A stretch of 32,000 nucleotides of DNA from Candidatus Methylomirabilis oxygeniifera (GCA_000091165.1 FP565575.1:1500001-1532000), one strand, 5' to 3'; counted from the stretch's first letter, positions 1 through 9,471 are shown. Program-made: numbers and translations. Notes: generated from the sequence alone by a model not told the origin.

Positions 1-1022
1 TCCCTGGTGAGAACAATGTGGCCATCCAGGATGGCCCGAGCGTGATCGGCCACCGGCTCGTTCATGTCGTCTCCCTCGACAAGAATGGTGTAGAGCCCCG
101 TAATGCTCCCGCCATGATCGGCGGTACCGGCCCGCTCTAAGAGTCCAGGCAACATGGCAAATGCCGAAGGCGGATATCCGCGCGTCGTCGGAGGCTCTCC
201 CACCGACAGGCCGATTTCCCGCTGAGCCAGCGCGAACCGCGTGAGGCTGTCCATCATCAGGAGAACATGCTTGCCCTGATCCCGAAAATATTCGGCAATC
301 GCCGTCGCAACGTACGCCGCCTGTCGTCGCAGCAGGGAGGGCTCATTGGAGGTGGCCACGACCACCACCGAGCGCCTCAGCCCATCCTCTCCCAACTCCT
401 TGGTAATAAACTCCCGGACCTCCCGTCCCCGCTCTCCTACCAGAGCAATGACGTTCACATCGGCCTCGGTATAGCGGGCGATCATGCCGAGGAGGGTGCT
501 CTTCCCGACGCCGCTCCCTGCAAAGATACCGACGCGCTGTCCCTTACCGCAGGTGAGCAGTCCATCGATCACCCGAATCCCGGTCGCCAGCGGCTCGATG
601 ATAGGGGCGCGCGTCATAGGCGAAGGGGGCTGACGGTGAACAGAACAGCGGGCCTCGACCTCCACCGGAGCCTTCCCGTCGATAGGACGGCCAAGACCGT
701 TGACGACGCGGCCCAGCATCGATCGTCCCACCGGCACCTCAAACGGCCGTCCGGCCGCGACCACCTCGCTTCCCGGACGGATCCCGTGGATCTCGCCCAG
801 CGGCATTAAGAGCAGGATCTCCCCGTGAAACCCCACCACTTCAGCCCATACATCGTGCCTCCCCGCCGAACGGATTCGGCACAGCTCGCCGATGAACGCC
901 TCCTGCCCCACCGCCTCTATCACCAGACCGACCACCTTGGTCACCTTTCCAAGCGATCGAATGAGGTTCGCCTTGTCCATGCGAGCGCGCGCGCGACCCC
1001 AGTCGAATCCGGCGTCGCTCAT
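1..1022 (-). CDS. fliI: Flagellum-specific ATP synthase FliI, C-terminus beyond left edge (not in the supplied ORF track because it has no stop in the window)
   Basis: Reverse-complement translation from ATG at 1022 reads [32 protein letters not shown]..., then the Walker A stretch [33 protein letters not shown] and [23 protein letters not shown](T)TRGYPPS. The start overlaps the fliH stop (ATGA). Confidence 0.97.
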   Translation of the reverse strand, partial: MSDAGFDWGRARARMDKANLIRSLGKVTKVVGLVIEAVGQEAFIGELCRIRSAGRHDVWAEVVGFHGEILLLMPLGEIHGIRPGSEVVAAGRPFEVPVGRSMLGRVVNGLGRPIDGKAPVEVEARCSVHRQPPSPMTRAPIIEPLATGIRVIDGLLTCGKGQRVGIFAGSGVGKSTLLGMIARYTEADVNVIALVGERGREVREFITKELGEDGLRRSVVVVATSNEPSLLRRQAAYVATAIAEYFRDQGKHVLLMMDSLTRFALAQREIGLSVGEPPTTRGYPPSAFAMLPGLLERAGTADHGGSITGLYTILVEGDDMNEPVADHARAILDGHIVLTR

Positions 1023-1708
1023 GAGATCTCATCCCTTCCGAGCAGGCGAGCGGCCTCATGAAGTTGGCTCTCCACGCGCGCATCCACAAGACCGGACTCA
1101 ACCTCCACCACGCAGCCCCAGGAGGAGATCGCGGGATCGGGGATGATCCGGGCCGACTCCGGCGAGCCGAGCAGTTCTCCCCGATGCTCCATCAACAGTT
1201 CGTAATCGCCGGGATTGACCCGAATAGCCATAATCTTTCGGCTCCCGGCGACTTCCAGGGCGGCCCTGACAAACTGTACGGCCGCATCTCGGCGGGCCCC
1301 GAGTTCGGATCGGAGCACTCGCTCCGCAACGGCAACCGCCAGGCGGACCAACTCCTCCTCCGCATTCGTGATAACGGCTTGGCGAGCGGACGCAACCTGT
1401 CGACAGGTCTCCTGCAGCAACGTCTCCAACGGCTCGCACCGACGCCGCATCTCGTCCATCGCGTCCTGTCGGCCCCTGGCGCGACCCTCCCGTTCGGCCT
1501 CGCGCTCGATCTGTTGCGCCGCCTCACGAGCCGAGAGTATGATCGCCTCAGCCTCGCGCTCGGCCGCTCGGATCGACTCATACCCCGACTGTGCAGACTC
1601 GTGCTCTGTCGCCCACGCCCCGCCGGCCGATCGGCCCGCGCTATATACCAACTCTTCAAAGGAGACTCGCTCCCATCCACCAACTCCGGCCGTCACAATC
1701 TTAGACAA
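1019..1708 (-). CDS. fliH: Flagellar assembly protein FliH; likely TTG start at 1708 just inside the end of fliG rather than the track start at 1861
   Basis: Charged coiled-coil FliH/YscL-like protein ([28 protein letters not shown]...[10 protein letters not shown]) between fliG and fliI. The track start at 1861 would overlap fliG by about 160 bp. Confidence 0.85.
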   Translation of the reverse strand: MSKIVTAGVGGWERVSFEELVYSAGRSAGGAWATEHESAQSGYESIRAAEREAEAIILSAREAAQQIEREAEREGRARGRQDAMDEMRRRCEPLETLLQETCRQVASARQAVITNAEEELVRLAVAVAERVLRSELGARRDAAVQFVRAALEVAGSRKIMAIRVNPGDYELLMEHRGELLGSPESARIIPDPAISSWGCVVEVESGLVDARVESQLHEAARLLGRDEIS

Positions 1709-2717
1709 TGATCTCCTCCGCGCCGCCACCGCGCCCCTGCACAATAATCTCACCCGCCTCATCGAGACGCCGTACGATCGCAACAACCTTCTGCTGGGCC
1801 GCCTCCACATCCCGAAGCTTGACCGGTCCCAGATATTCGATCTCCTCCTTGAGCAGGGCACCCGCCCGCTCCGACATATTTCTGAAGAGTTTGTCCGCTA
1901 CCTCGGAGCCGGCTGCCTTCATCGCAAGGGCAAGTTCCTTCTGTTCCACCTCCTTGAGGACGCGCTGGATACCACGATCGTCCACCAGGACGACATCATC
2001 AAAGGTGAACATCAGTTTGCGGATCTCGTCCGCCATATACGGGTCGCTCTCCTGGATGACCTGAAATACGCCGCGTTCGCTATTTCTATCCATGGAATTC
2101 AGGATCTCCGCTACCTGCTTGACCCCGCCGCTGATAGAGACCTCCTGGTTGACGACGGAGGAAAGACGGTGATCCAGGATCCGCTCGATCTCGCCGATCA
2201 AGTCGGGGTTCGTCTTATCCATGTTGGCGATGCGCATGACGACATCCGCCCTGACCGCGTGCGGCAGACCCGCCAGGACGCCAGCGGAGGTCGTCGACTC
2301 CAGGTGGGACAGGACGACCGCAATGGTCTGTGGGTGCTCCTGTCGGACCGAGTCGAGCAAAAACCGGGGTTCTACCTTCTTGAGAGCGGTGAAAAAGTTG
2401 GCCCCCTTCAGACCCTGAAGACGCTCAATGATCGTCGATGCCTTAGCCTTGCCTACGGCCTTTTCAAGGACATCCTGCGCGTAGCGGATACCGCCGGTCG
2501 ACATAAACTCTTGCGCACGGGCCATCTGCTGAAACTCCTCGATGACCGCAGTCGACGCCTTCGCGGAAACGCTCTTCATCCTGGTAATCTCACCGGTGAT
2601 CGCCTCGATTTCCTCGTCTTCAAGCTGCTTAAAGATTTGCGCAGCCGACTCGACTCCGAGCGTCAGCAGCAGGACAGCGGCCTTTTGGGGACCGGTCAGC
2701 GTCTCAGGGGCGGTCAT
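1701..2717 (-). CDS. fliG: Flagellar motor switch protein FliG
   Basis: 338 aa: LTGPQKAAVLLLTLGVESAAQIFKQLEDEEIEAITGEI...LSHLESTTSAGVLAGLP...MFTFDDVVLVDDRGIQRVLKEVEQKELALAMK...RAGALLKEEIEYLGPVKLRDVEAAQQKVVAIVRRLDEAGEI. Confidence 0.98.
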   Translation of the reverse strand: MTAPETLTGPQKAAVLLLTLGVESAAQIFKQLEDEEIEAITGEITRMKSVSAKASTAVIEEFQQMARAQEFMSTGGIRYAQDVLEKAVGKAKASTIIERLQGLKGANFFTALKKVEPRFLLDSVRQEHPQTIAVVLSHLESTTSAGVLAGLPHAVRADVVMRIANMDKTNPDLIGEIERILDHRLSSVVNQEVSISGGVKQVAEILNSMDRNSERGVFQVIQESDPYMADEIRKLMFTFDDVVLVDDRGIQRVLKEVEQKELALAMKAAGSEVADKLFRNMSERAGALLKEEIEYLGPVKLRDVEAAQQKVVAIVRRLDEAGEIIVQGRGGGAEEIIV

Positions 2718-4345
2718 GACGGCCTCTTCACCATCCAGGCCCTGACGAGCTGGGCGACGACATTCGGGTTATTGCGGGCCAGTTCCATCAGCCCAGTCCT
2801 GAGCGGATCGTCCGAGGCGACATCCAGGGCCGGGGCCTGATCCGGTCCGGTTTCGATCGCGGTGGGACCTGGTTGCGACATTGAAAGCATTCCCGGCGTG
2901 TCAAAGGTCGGAAGCCGGCGCTCTTTCAGCGAACGAATCAGCGGCCGCAGGCCGAACACCAGCACAAGGAGGACACCGACACCCATCAGAACCGGCTTCA
3001 CCAGCGAGTACCAGAAGGCCTTGCGCTCTGCCTCCTCCATGAGGGCCCGCTCCTTCTCCGTGGCCGAGGTATCGAAGGGAAACTCCACCACCTCAACCTC
3101 ATCCCCGCGAGCCGCACTAAATCCCACTGCATTTTTTACGGCTACCTTGATCTTCTCGAGTTCATCGGACTTCCGAGGAACATACTCTTTCCGCTCGCCG
3201 CCCTTGCCATCCGGAACCGGCTTATAGGTCCCGTCCACCATGACCGCTACCGACACCCGCTTCAACTCACCGGGTGAAAAGACCTTCCGTTCAAGGACCT
3301 TGCTCACATCATATTGAACCGTTTCAGCCTCTTTCGTCGATTTCGCGGTGCTCTGACCAGACTGCGACGGCGTGGCGGTCTGATCCGGAACATTGGAGGC
3401 GACCCCCGCGACTGCTGCAGGGCTCGCTGTGACGCTCTGCTGGGTCTCTGTCGTCCGCTGTTCGCTCTTAATGACACCGCGCGGGTCAAACCGCTCCTCT
3501 GTCCGCTCTACACTGGTAAAGTCCATCTGAGCGGCGACCCTCACCGTCGCTTTATTCGGGCCAAGGATCTCTTCGAGCATGGTCCGGACGCGGCGCTCAA
3601 GCTCGCCCTCGACAGCCTCCTGCGCCTCGAACTGTCCGGTACTTCCTGCGCCGAGCCTACCCTCGGCCGGCCGCGCGATCAGTTTCCCTGACGTATCCAC
3701 CACCGTTATCCGATCGGCATTGAGCCCCTCTACCGAGCTCGAGACCAGGTGTACGATTCCTCGTACCTGCTCAGGCGTCAGGCGGGCACCGGGACGGAGG
3801 TTCAGGACAACTGAAGCGGTCGCGGGCTTCTCCTGCTCGGTAAATACCGATGGCTGAGGGAGGGCAAGGTGAACACGAGCCGCCGTGACCTCTTTGAGTT
3901 GCCCGATTGTCCTGGCAAGCTCACCTTGGAGGGCGCGCTGGTAATTGAGTCGCTGAACAAAGTCGGTCGTCCCCAGTGTCGTACGATCGAAGATCTCGAA
4001 GCCCACCCCTCCGCCTTGCGGCAGGCCACGGGTCGCCAGATGCAGTCGGATCTCGTGGACGACGGCCGACGGGACAAGAATCCTGGTCCCGCCGTCAACG
4101 ACCCGATAGGATACCTTGCCGCTTTTCAGTTCATCGACAATGGCACCGGCATCGGAGGGGTTCAACTGTGAGAAGAGGGTGGTCATATCAGGACGGTGCG
4201 TCGAGAAGACCATCCAGAGGAGTGCCGTAAGCGCGCCTCCTCCCACCAGTACGGTCAAGGCTCGTCCCGTCAGACCAAGCCCACCCCACACCTGCTTGAA
4301 TAATTCTACAACCTTTGTGATGGCATCAGGCATCTGTAACCCCAA
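2714..4345 (-). CDS. fliF: Flagellar MS-ring protein FliF
   Basis: 543 aa with two hydrophobic segments near the termini and typical FliF motifs (TLFSQLNPSDAGAIVDELK, YRVVDGGTRILVPSAVVHEIRLHLATRGLPQGGGVGFEIFD, FVQRLNYQRALQGELARTI). 4-bp overlap with fliG. Confidence 0.98.
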   Translation of the reverse strand: MGLQMPDAITKVVELFKQVWGGLGLTGRALTVLVGGGALTALLWMVFSTHRPDMTTLFSQLNPSDAGAIVDELKSGKVSYRVVDGGTRILVPSAVVHEIRLHLATRGLPQGGGVGFEIFDRTTLGTTDFVQRLNYQRALQGELARTIGQLKEVTAARVHLALPQPSVFTEQEKPATASVVLNLRPGARLTPEQVRGIVHLVSSSVEGLNADRITVVDTSGKLIARPAEGRLGAGSTGQFEAQEAVEGELERRVRTMLEEILGPNKATVRVAAQMDFTSVERTEERFDPRGVIKSEQRTTETQQSVTASPAAVAGVASNVPDQTATPSQSGQSTAKSTKEAETVQYDVSKVLERKVFSPGELKRVSVAVMVDGTYKPVPDGKGGERKEYVPRKSDELEKIKVAVKNAVGFSAARGDEVEVVEFPFDTSATEKERALMEEAERKAFWYSLVKPVLMGVGVLLVLVFGLRPLIRSLKERRLPTFDTPGMLSMSQPGPTAIETGPDQAPALDVASDDPLRTGLMELARNNPNVVAQLVRAWMVKRPS

Positions 4346-4348
4346 TGA

Positions 4349-4383
4349 GCTGTCAGCTCTCAGCGATCAGATGTCAGCTCTCA
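4349..4383. repeat. Five-unit degenerate heptamer tandem repeat between fliF and fliE
   Basis: GCTGTCA GCTCTCA GCGATCA GATGTCA GCTCTCA, exactly 35 nt. Confidence 0.8.
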
Positions 4384-4686
4384 TCAGACCGGCATCCGCA
4401 TAATCTCCTGGTACGCCTCGACGACCTTATTCCGAACCTGGAGCATGAGTTGAAATGAGATCTGGGCCTTCTCGATGGCGATCATGGTTGCGGCGAGGTC
4501 GCCGGACTGCCCTTTGGCCACCTGCTCAGCGAGGGCGTCGGCCTCGTGCTGCAACCGATCCGTCTGGCTCACGGCCTCCCGTAAGAGGCCGGCAAATGAG
4601 CCTTCGCCGCTGACGCCCGTCTTGGTCGCAGATGGGACGGACAATCCCTGGCCTAGTCTTACCGGTAAGATCGGATTGCTTGACAT
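4384..4686 (-). CDS. fliE: Flagellar hook-basal body complex protein FliE
   Basis: 100 aa ending IEKAQISFQLMLQVRNKVVEAYQEIMRMPV, a classic FliE C-terminus. Confidence 0.95.
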   Translation of the reverse strand: MSSNPILPVRLGQGLSVPSATKTGVSGEGSFAGLLREAVSQTDRLQHEADALAEQVAKGQSGDLAATMIAIEKAQISFQLMLQVRNKVVEAYQEIMRMPV

Positions 4687-4802
4687 GCCATGGCTCCTTT
4701 AGCGATCAGCGTGCAGCGTCAAGAGCAGCCTGAAGGGGCATAGACTGTAGCCTGAAGGTGTGATAGGGCTTTCGGACTTGAGCCTTCGGACTATTCGCCT
4801 TT

Positions 4803-5234
4803 TCACCGCCCGATCTCCAACGTCTTTGTCATCATGCTCTTCGCAATCTGGATCGCGGAGATATTCGCTTCATAGGCGCGGGATGCCGACATCAGATCGA
4901 CCATCTCCATCACCGGGTTGATATTCGGCATCGCCACATACCCCGCGGTGTCGGCATCGGGATGCGACGGGTTATAGACCAGGTTTGGCGGCGCTTGGCT
5001 CTCAACGATCTTCAGCACCTCGACCCCGCCGGGCGCGGCGCCCGCGTTCAAGAGCCCCTCAAAGGCCGACGTCCCGCGCGTGCCGAGCACCACTCCCTTG
5101 CGGCGGTACGGTCCGCCGATCGGCGTCCGCGTGACCTCGGCGTTGGCGAGGTTTTCGGCAATAAGGTTCATCCGAACCCGCTGGGCGGCTAACGCCGTCG
5201 CGTTGATCTCCATCGACGCAAACATTGATCCCAT
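4803..5234 (-). CDS. flgC: Flagellar basal-body rod protein FlgC
   Basis: 143 aa: ASMEINATALAAQRVRMNLIAENLANAEVTRT...YNPSHPDADTAGYVAMPNINPVMEMVDLMSASRAYEANISAIQIAKSMMTKTLEIGR. Confidence 0.97.
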   Translation of the reverse strand: MGSMFASMEINATALAAQRVRMNLIAENLANAEVTRTPIGGPYRRKGVVLGTRGTSAFEGLLNAGAAPGGVEVLKIVESQAPPNLVYNPSHPDADTAGYVAMPNINPVMEMVDLMSASRAYEANISAIQIAKSMMTKTLEIGR

Positions 5235-5243
5235 GCCGTCTCC

Positions 5244-5606
5244 TTATCCGCCCCGAATGACGGTTCGCAGAAGATTCATCCGTGAGTTCAGGATCTGAAT
5301 CATCGTATTGTGCCATAATGCATTCTCCGCCATCTTCGCCATCTGCCGATCGAGATCGACCGCATTGCCGTCGTACCGTCCTGCGCCGACCGATCGATCG
5401 GCCGCCACGGCGGTCCTGACGACCATAGCGGGAGGCTCGCCCGCCTCGGACGCAAGTCTGAGCTCTTCACTGAAATCTACCTCCATCGGGCGATAGCCCG
5501 GGGTATCGATATTTGCGATGTTCCGCGCGAGCACCTGGTGCCGCAACGACGCGGCTCGGACCATCTCGGTGAGCAGGTCTGAGGTCTCGTCGAACAACAG
5601 TTGCAT
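5244..5606 (-). CDS. flgB: Flagellar basal-body rod protein FlgB
   Basis: 120 aa: RHQVLARNIANIDTPGYRPMEVDFSEEL...GNAVDLDRQMAKMAENALWHNTMIQILNSRMNLLRTVIRGG. Confidence 0.96.
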   Translation of the reverse strand: MQLLFDETSDLLTEMVRAASLRHQVLARNIANIDTPGYRPMEVDFSEELRLASEAGEPPAMVVRTAVAADRSVGAGRYDGNAVDLDRQMAKMAENALWHNTMIQILNSRMNLLRTVIRGG

Positions 5607-5734
5607 CCGTCATCCTTCCCTAGAAAGGCGTTGAGCGGTCACCACTCAGCATTTAGGCGTTTAGACTGAAGACCGAAGGCTAAGAGAGACTTACCTAACA
5701 GCCTTCAGCCTATCAACCTTCAGCCTCTCGAAGC

Positions 5735-5750
5735 AGCAAAGGGTGTGCCA
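5735..5750 (-). promoter_or_regulatory. Sigma54 (RpoN) -24/-12 promoter for the flgB-C-fliE-F-G-H-I operon
   Basis: Minus strand reads TGGCAC-ACCCT-TTGCT, matching TGGCAC-N5-TTGCW with correct spacing, about 130 bp upstream of flgB. Confidence 0.88.
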
Positions 5751-5768
5751 TGCGGAACGCCCTGTTTT

Positions 5769-7154
5769 TTAAGGGCTTTCACGAACTGAAGCCAAAGAGG
5801 CGGCAAGATCCCGATTGGTCATAGGCAAAATTTTCCCGGCCTCGCGATAATCCCTCAGCTTATTTCGAATCGTCCGCACGCTCACGCCGAGAATCTCCGC
5901 CGCCTTCATCCGATTGCCGCCTACTTTCGCCAGCGTCTCCAGGATCAATTGCTTTTCCATGGCGCGGAACGAGCCGCCTGCCGCTTCCTGAATCTGATCG
6001 TTGGTTGCAGGCTCGACCAGAGTTTCCAATATCAGATCCGACGGCTCGAGACGGATTCGATCGCACAACAGGACCGACCGATGAATACAGCTCTCAAGCT
6101 CCCGCACATTGCCGGGCCACGGCCACTCCTCTAATCGCTTGACGGCAGCGGGCGAGATCTCCCGTACCACACTGCCCGACCCGCCCGCATACCGCATGAC
6201 AAAATGTTGCGCCAACAGTGAGATGTCGCCTCTCCGCTCTCGAAGCGGAGGCAGGGAGATCGGAACGACCGCCAAACGGTAGTACAGATCGGGGCGAAAA
6301 CGCCCATGACGAATCTCCTCCTTCAGATCCCGATTGGTGGTCGCAACAACGCGGATATCGATCTCGACCGGCCGCGACCCGCCGATCCGGTCGATGGTCC
6401 GCTCCTGCAGCGCCCTGAGCAGCTTGGCCTGCAAGACCGCCGGCATCTCGCTGATCTCGTCGAGCAGCAGGGTGCCGCCGTCTGCCGCCTCGAACTTCCC
6501 GACGCGACGAGTGACCGCTCCCGTAAAGGCGCCCCGCTCATAGCCGAACAGCTCGCTCTCCAGCAACGACTCGGGAATCGCCGCACAGTTGACCGCAACG
6601 AAGGGCCCACGGCGCCTCTTGCTCCAGAGATGCGCCTGACGGGCGAACAGTTCCTTACCCGTCCCGCTCTCACCCTGGATGAGGATCGACGCCGCGTCGT
6701 CCGCCACTCGCCTGATAGTGCCGAGCAGACTGAGGACCTTCGGCGCACGGCTGACAATGACGGAGGCAGGTTCATCAGCCGGATGAGGCGCCTCTGCGGC
6801 GATGGCCCGCTCCAGGATGTCTTCGACACGCTTCGCCGAGAACGGCTTCATCAGGAAGTCATAGGCCCCTTCCTTCATTGCCTGCACGGCCGTCTCCACC
6901 GATCCGTACGCCGTGATCAGGACCACGCGTGGCGGGCACCCGACCATCTTGATCTGCTTCAGGAATTCAAGCCCATCCATTCTAGGCATCCGGACATCGG
7001 CAAAGACCAGAGAGGCGGGAAATCGCTTGAACTGGAGCAGCGCATCCTCGCCGTCGCAGGCCATGACGCTTTCACACCCCTTTCTCCGGATCGTCTCTGA
7101 CAGGGCTGTTCGCACCAACGGCTCATCGTCCACCACCAGGATACGAGGCTTCAT
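5769..7154 (-). CDS. Sigma54-dependent response regulator (REC-AAA+-Fis HTH), FlrC/NtrC type, probable flagellar regulator
   Basis: 461 aa: N-terminal receiver (ILVVDDEPLVRTAL...VFADVRMPRMDG), Walker A GESGTGKELFAR, GAFTGA loop (YERGAFTGAVTRR), LLLDEISEMP, C-terminal Fis-like helix (LAKVGGNRMKAAEILGVSVRTIRNKLRDY). Confidence 0.95.
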   Translation of the reverse strand: MKPRILVVDDEPLVRTALSETIRRKGCESVMACDGEDALLQFKRFPASLVFADVRMPRMDGLEFLKQIKMVGCPPRVVLITAYGSVETAVQAMKEGAYDFLMKPFSAKRVEDILERAIAAEAPHPADEPASVIVSRAPKVLSLLGTIRRVADDAASILIQGESGTGKELFARQAHLWSKRRRGPFVAVNCAAIPESLLESELFGYERGAFTGAVTRRVGKFEAADGGTLLLDEISEMPAVLQAKLLRALQERTIDRIGGSRPVEIDIRVVATTNRDLKEEIRHGRFRPDLYYRLAVVPISLPPLRERRGDISLLAQHFVMRYAGGSGSVVREISPAAVKRLEEWPWPGNVRELESCIHRSVLLCDRIRLEPSDLILETLVEPATNDQIQEAAGGSFRAMEKQLILETLAKVGGNRMKAAEILGVSVRTIRNKLRDYREAGKILPMTNRDLAASLASVRESP

Positions 7155-7155
7155 G

Positions 7156-8493
7156 TCAGATTTCTCCTTGGGAAGACGCCGTATCCCGGCGTCGGTGTCT
7201 GAACAGAAGCGTAAAGGTCGTCCCTTGGCCTACCCGACTGTCCAGGCTGACCCTGGCTCCATGCCGCTCAAGAATCCGCTCGACAATAGCTAAGCCGAGT
7301 CCCGCACCCTTTGGCTTTGTCGTAAAGAACGGTAGGAATATCTTTTCCAGATCGGCTTCAGCAATGCCGCATCCGCTATCCGACACCCGGACCTCCACAA
7401 ACTCACCTCCACTCATGCCGCCGGCCTCCGGACGCCGGCCGGCCACAGTTTCCGAGTCTCCATTCGAAAGGCGCAACCTGCTTGCGCAGTCGCTGCTGCT
7501 GATCCTGAGTTGGCCCCCGGACGGCATTGCCTGAACAGCATTCAGGACAAGATTGAGAAACACTTGTATCACCAGCTCCCGATCGCCATCAACTTCGAGA
7601 AGGCCTGACTCATACTCTCTGATCAGATCGATCTGCCTCTCCTTGAGCGCATACCACGCCGTGCCGAGCGCCTCCTCAATGACCTCGTGCAAATCGAGGG
7701 GTCGCAAGCAGGGCTTGACAGGTCTGGTAAAGGCCAACAGATTGATCAGAATGATGTTCACGGAGGCGACACCTGCCTGGATACCTTGCGCCAGATGGGT
7801 TTGGCGAACATCGGATCCTGCCTCTTCGGAGAGGATCGTAGCCAACAGCTCTATCGAGGTCAGCGGATTCCTGATTCCGTGAGCAATCGTAACCGCCATC
7901 TGCTCCAACCCGGCCTGCGCAGTCGATCGCCGTCGTCGCTCTTCAACCCATTTCCGCTGTGAGATGTCGTCGAAGATCACAATGGTGTCCAGGACTCTTC
8001 CGCTTTCATCGTAGATCGGCGACGCGCTGATCTCGGCATCTAGAACGTATCCGTCTTTCCTCATGATCCGCCCCTCCCTGGCGCCTTCACGCCCGTCTCC
8101 GGTCACGCCATGGAGGAGGGCCGCTGCCTCCCTACCCAGTAGACGATCGGCCTGCTCCCCCGACACCTCGGCAGCCAGGAAGCCGGTCAGTCGTTCTGCC
8201 CCCCCGCTCCATAGCGTAATCCGGCCGGCGGCATCGACGACAACGATCCCCTTTTCAATACTCTTCAGAAGGTTGGACAGGTAGTGGCGGATACGGGTGT
8301 TCTCCTTCAGGCTCTGGGTCAGCCGAAGGTTCGTATCATTCAGCGCGAAATTAAGAGTCGCTACCTGCTCCCGAAGGGCGGCGTAGGCCTGCTCCAGCCG
8401 CTCAGCCGCCCCCGTAAATCCCTGAAAGGCCCCATGAATCAGGACCGGGAGCGCATCACTGGAGAGGTCGGAACCGACTGACACGTTAGACAC
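7156..8493 (-). CDS. PAS-domain sensor histidine kinase, FlrB/NtrB-like, cognate to the adjacent regulator
   Basis: PAS-like region (LLKSIEKGIVVVDAAGRITLWSGGAERLTGFLAAEV), H-box TIAHGIRNPLTSIELLATIL, N-box NLVLNAVQAMP, G-boxes VSDSGCGI and FFTTKPKGAGLGLAIVERI. Adjacent to 5769..7154. Confidence 0.93.
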   Translation of the reverse strand: MSNVSVGSDLSSDALPVLIHGAFQGFTGAAERLEQAYAALREQVATLNFALNDTNLRLTQSLKENTRIRHYLSNLLKSIEKGIVVVDAAGRITLWSGGAERLTGFLAAEVSGEQADRLLGREAAALLHGVTGDGREGAREGRIMRKDGYVLDAEISASPIYDESGRVLDTIVIFDDISQRKWVEERRRRSTAQAGLEQMAVTIAHGIRNPLTSIELLATILSEEAGSDVRQTHLAQGIQAGVASVNIILINLLAFTRPVKPCLRPLDLHEVIEEALGTAWYALKERQIDLIREYESGLLEVDGDRELVIQVFLNLVLNAVQAMPSGGQLRISSSDCASRLRLSNGDSETVAGRRPEAGGMSGGEFVEVRVSDSGCGIAEADLEKIFLPFFTTKPKGAGLGLAIVERILERHGARVSLDSRVGQGTTFTLLFRHRRRDTASSQGEI

Positions 8494-8531
8494 GGGCGTC
8501 TCCTGTTGCAGCGATAGGGCAAGCGCGGCTC

Positions 8532-8900
8532 TTACGCAGTCGCCAGAATCTGCTCCAGCTTCTTCTTGAGAGTCTCAGCGTCAAACGGTTTGACGATATA
8601 ATTGCTGACCCCTGCCGAGAGGGCGACCATAATATTCTCTCGCTCTGCCACCGTCGTAATCATCAGAACCGGCAACTGCTTGAGCTGATCGTTCGAGCGG
8701 ATGGCCTTCACGAACTCGATGCCGTTCATCTCCGGCATGTTCCAGTCGGTGATGACCAGATCAATCTGGTTACCCGTGAGACAGGCCAAGCCTTCCACTC
8801 CATTGCCGGCCTCAACGGCATCGTCGTGTCCGGCGAACTTGAGGTTATTCCGAATGATCCGCCGCATCGTCGCCGAGTCGTCTACGATCAATACTCGCAT
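8532..8900 (-). CDS. cheY: CheY-like single-domain response regulator
   Basis: 122 aa: MRVLIVDDSATMRRIIRNNLKFAGHDDAVEAGNGVEGLACL...DLVITDWNMPEMNGIEFVKAIR...IVKPFDAETLKKKLEQIL. Confidence 0.93.
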   Translation of the reverse strand: MRVLIVDDSATMRRIIRNNLKFAGHDDAVEAGNGVEGLACLTGNQIDLVITDWNMPEMNGIEFVKAIRSNDQLKQLPVLMITTVAERENIMVALSAGVSNYIVKPFDAETLKKKLEQILATA

Positions 8901-8983
8901 CTTCTGATTTCCTCCCCGTTCTGGCCAGTTGTCAGCTCAGAGCAATATCTATAGCTCATACTCCAGAACCCGGTACACGATAA

Positions 8984-8999
8984 AGCAAGCGGAGTGCCA
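8984..8999 (-). promoter_or_regulatory. Sigma54 -24/-12 promoter upstream of cheY (and possibly the downstream kinase/regulator pair)
   Basis: Minus strand reads TGGCAC-TCCGC-TTGCT, an exact TGGCAC-N5-TTGCT match, about 85 bp upstream of the cheY start. Confidence 0.88.
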
Positions 9000-9233
9000 A
9001 GCCAAAAATACGCCGAAAACCCTTATTCGGGCCTTAATCAGTGTCCAACAGCAACGATTTACGCGTCATAAAAGGGTAGCCAGAGCGCTTCGAATGGACG
9101 CCGGCGGCTAGGATTTGGCCACAGCGGGTGCAACGAAGCGGGAAGTTGGCGAAAGCAAGGTAAGAACAGAAACGGAACAGGTGAGACATAAATTTGGCCG
9201 CGGTGGAAAAAAGCTTACCAGTACAAAGGGCAC

Positions 9234-9345
9234 GTCATTGCGAGCAACTGAAAGGAGCACGACAATCTCACCGTTCTTGCCGACCCAACGTCATGGCTCC
9301 AAATACTGTGGGATTGCCGCGGTCGGTCCGCTCCCTCGCAATGAC
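9234..9345. repeat. 112-bp imperfect inverted-repeat element of the GTCATTGCGAG...CTCGCAATGAC type
   Basis: Perfect 11-bp terminal inverted repeat GTCATTGCGAG (9234-9244) / CTCGCAATGAC (9335-9345), with inner sub-terminal repeats GACAATCTC and GGGATTGCCGC. Confidence 0.8.
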
Positions 9346-9394
9346 CCATGGCGAGACTTTCTACCCTTTGGATGGATCACCGCGCTAATCCTAT

Positions 9395-9421
9395 TAAGTT
9401 TTGCGGACGGTGTGCCGATAA
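9395..9421 (+). promoter_or_regulatory. Sigma28 (FliA) promoter for motAB
   Basis: TAAGTTTT-N11-GCCGATAA compared with consensus TAAAGTTT-N11-GCCGATAA; the -10 matches perfectly. About 50 bp upstream of motA. Confidence 0.85.
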
Positions 9422-9471
9422 TCTAAGAGGGTTATGCAGTCCCTACGCTGACCATACTAGAAAGGAGACGC

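Noticed and set aside
1215-2840. 541-aa plus-strand ORF covering fliG and parts of fliH/fliF
   Set aside because: Entirely antisense to confidently assigned fliH/fliG; Arg/Ser-rich low-complexity composition typical of shadow ORFs in GC-rich DNA; no recognisable domain.
5760-5777. GCCCTGTTTTTTAAGGGC as an intrinsic terminator of the sigma54 regulator
   Set aside because: Only a 5-bp stem, overlaps the stop-codon region, and there is no T-tract after the stem on the minus strand; too weak to call.
9115-9426. 103-aa plus-strand ORF in the cheY-motA intergenic region
   Set aside because: Runs through the inverted-repeat element (LRATERSTTISPF...PLPRNDPW is its translation) and into the sigma28 promoter; an artefact of repeat DNA.
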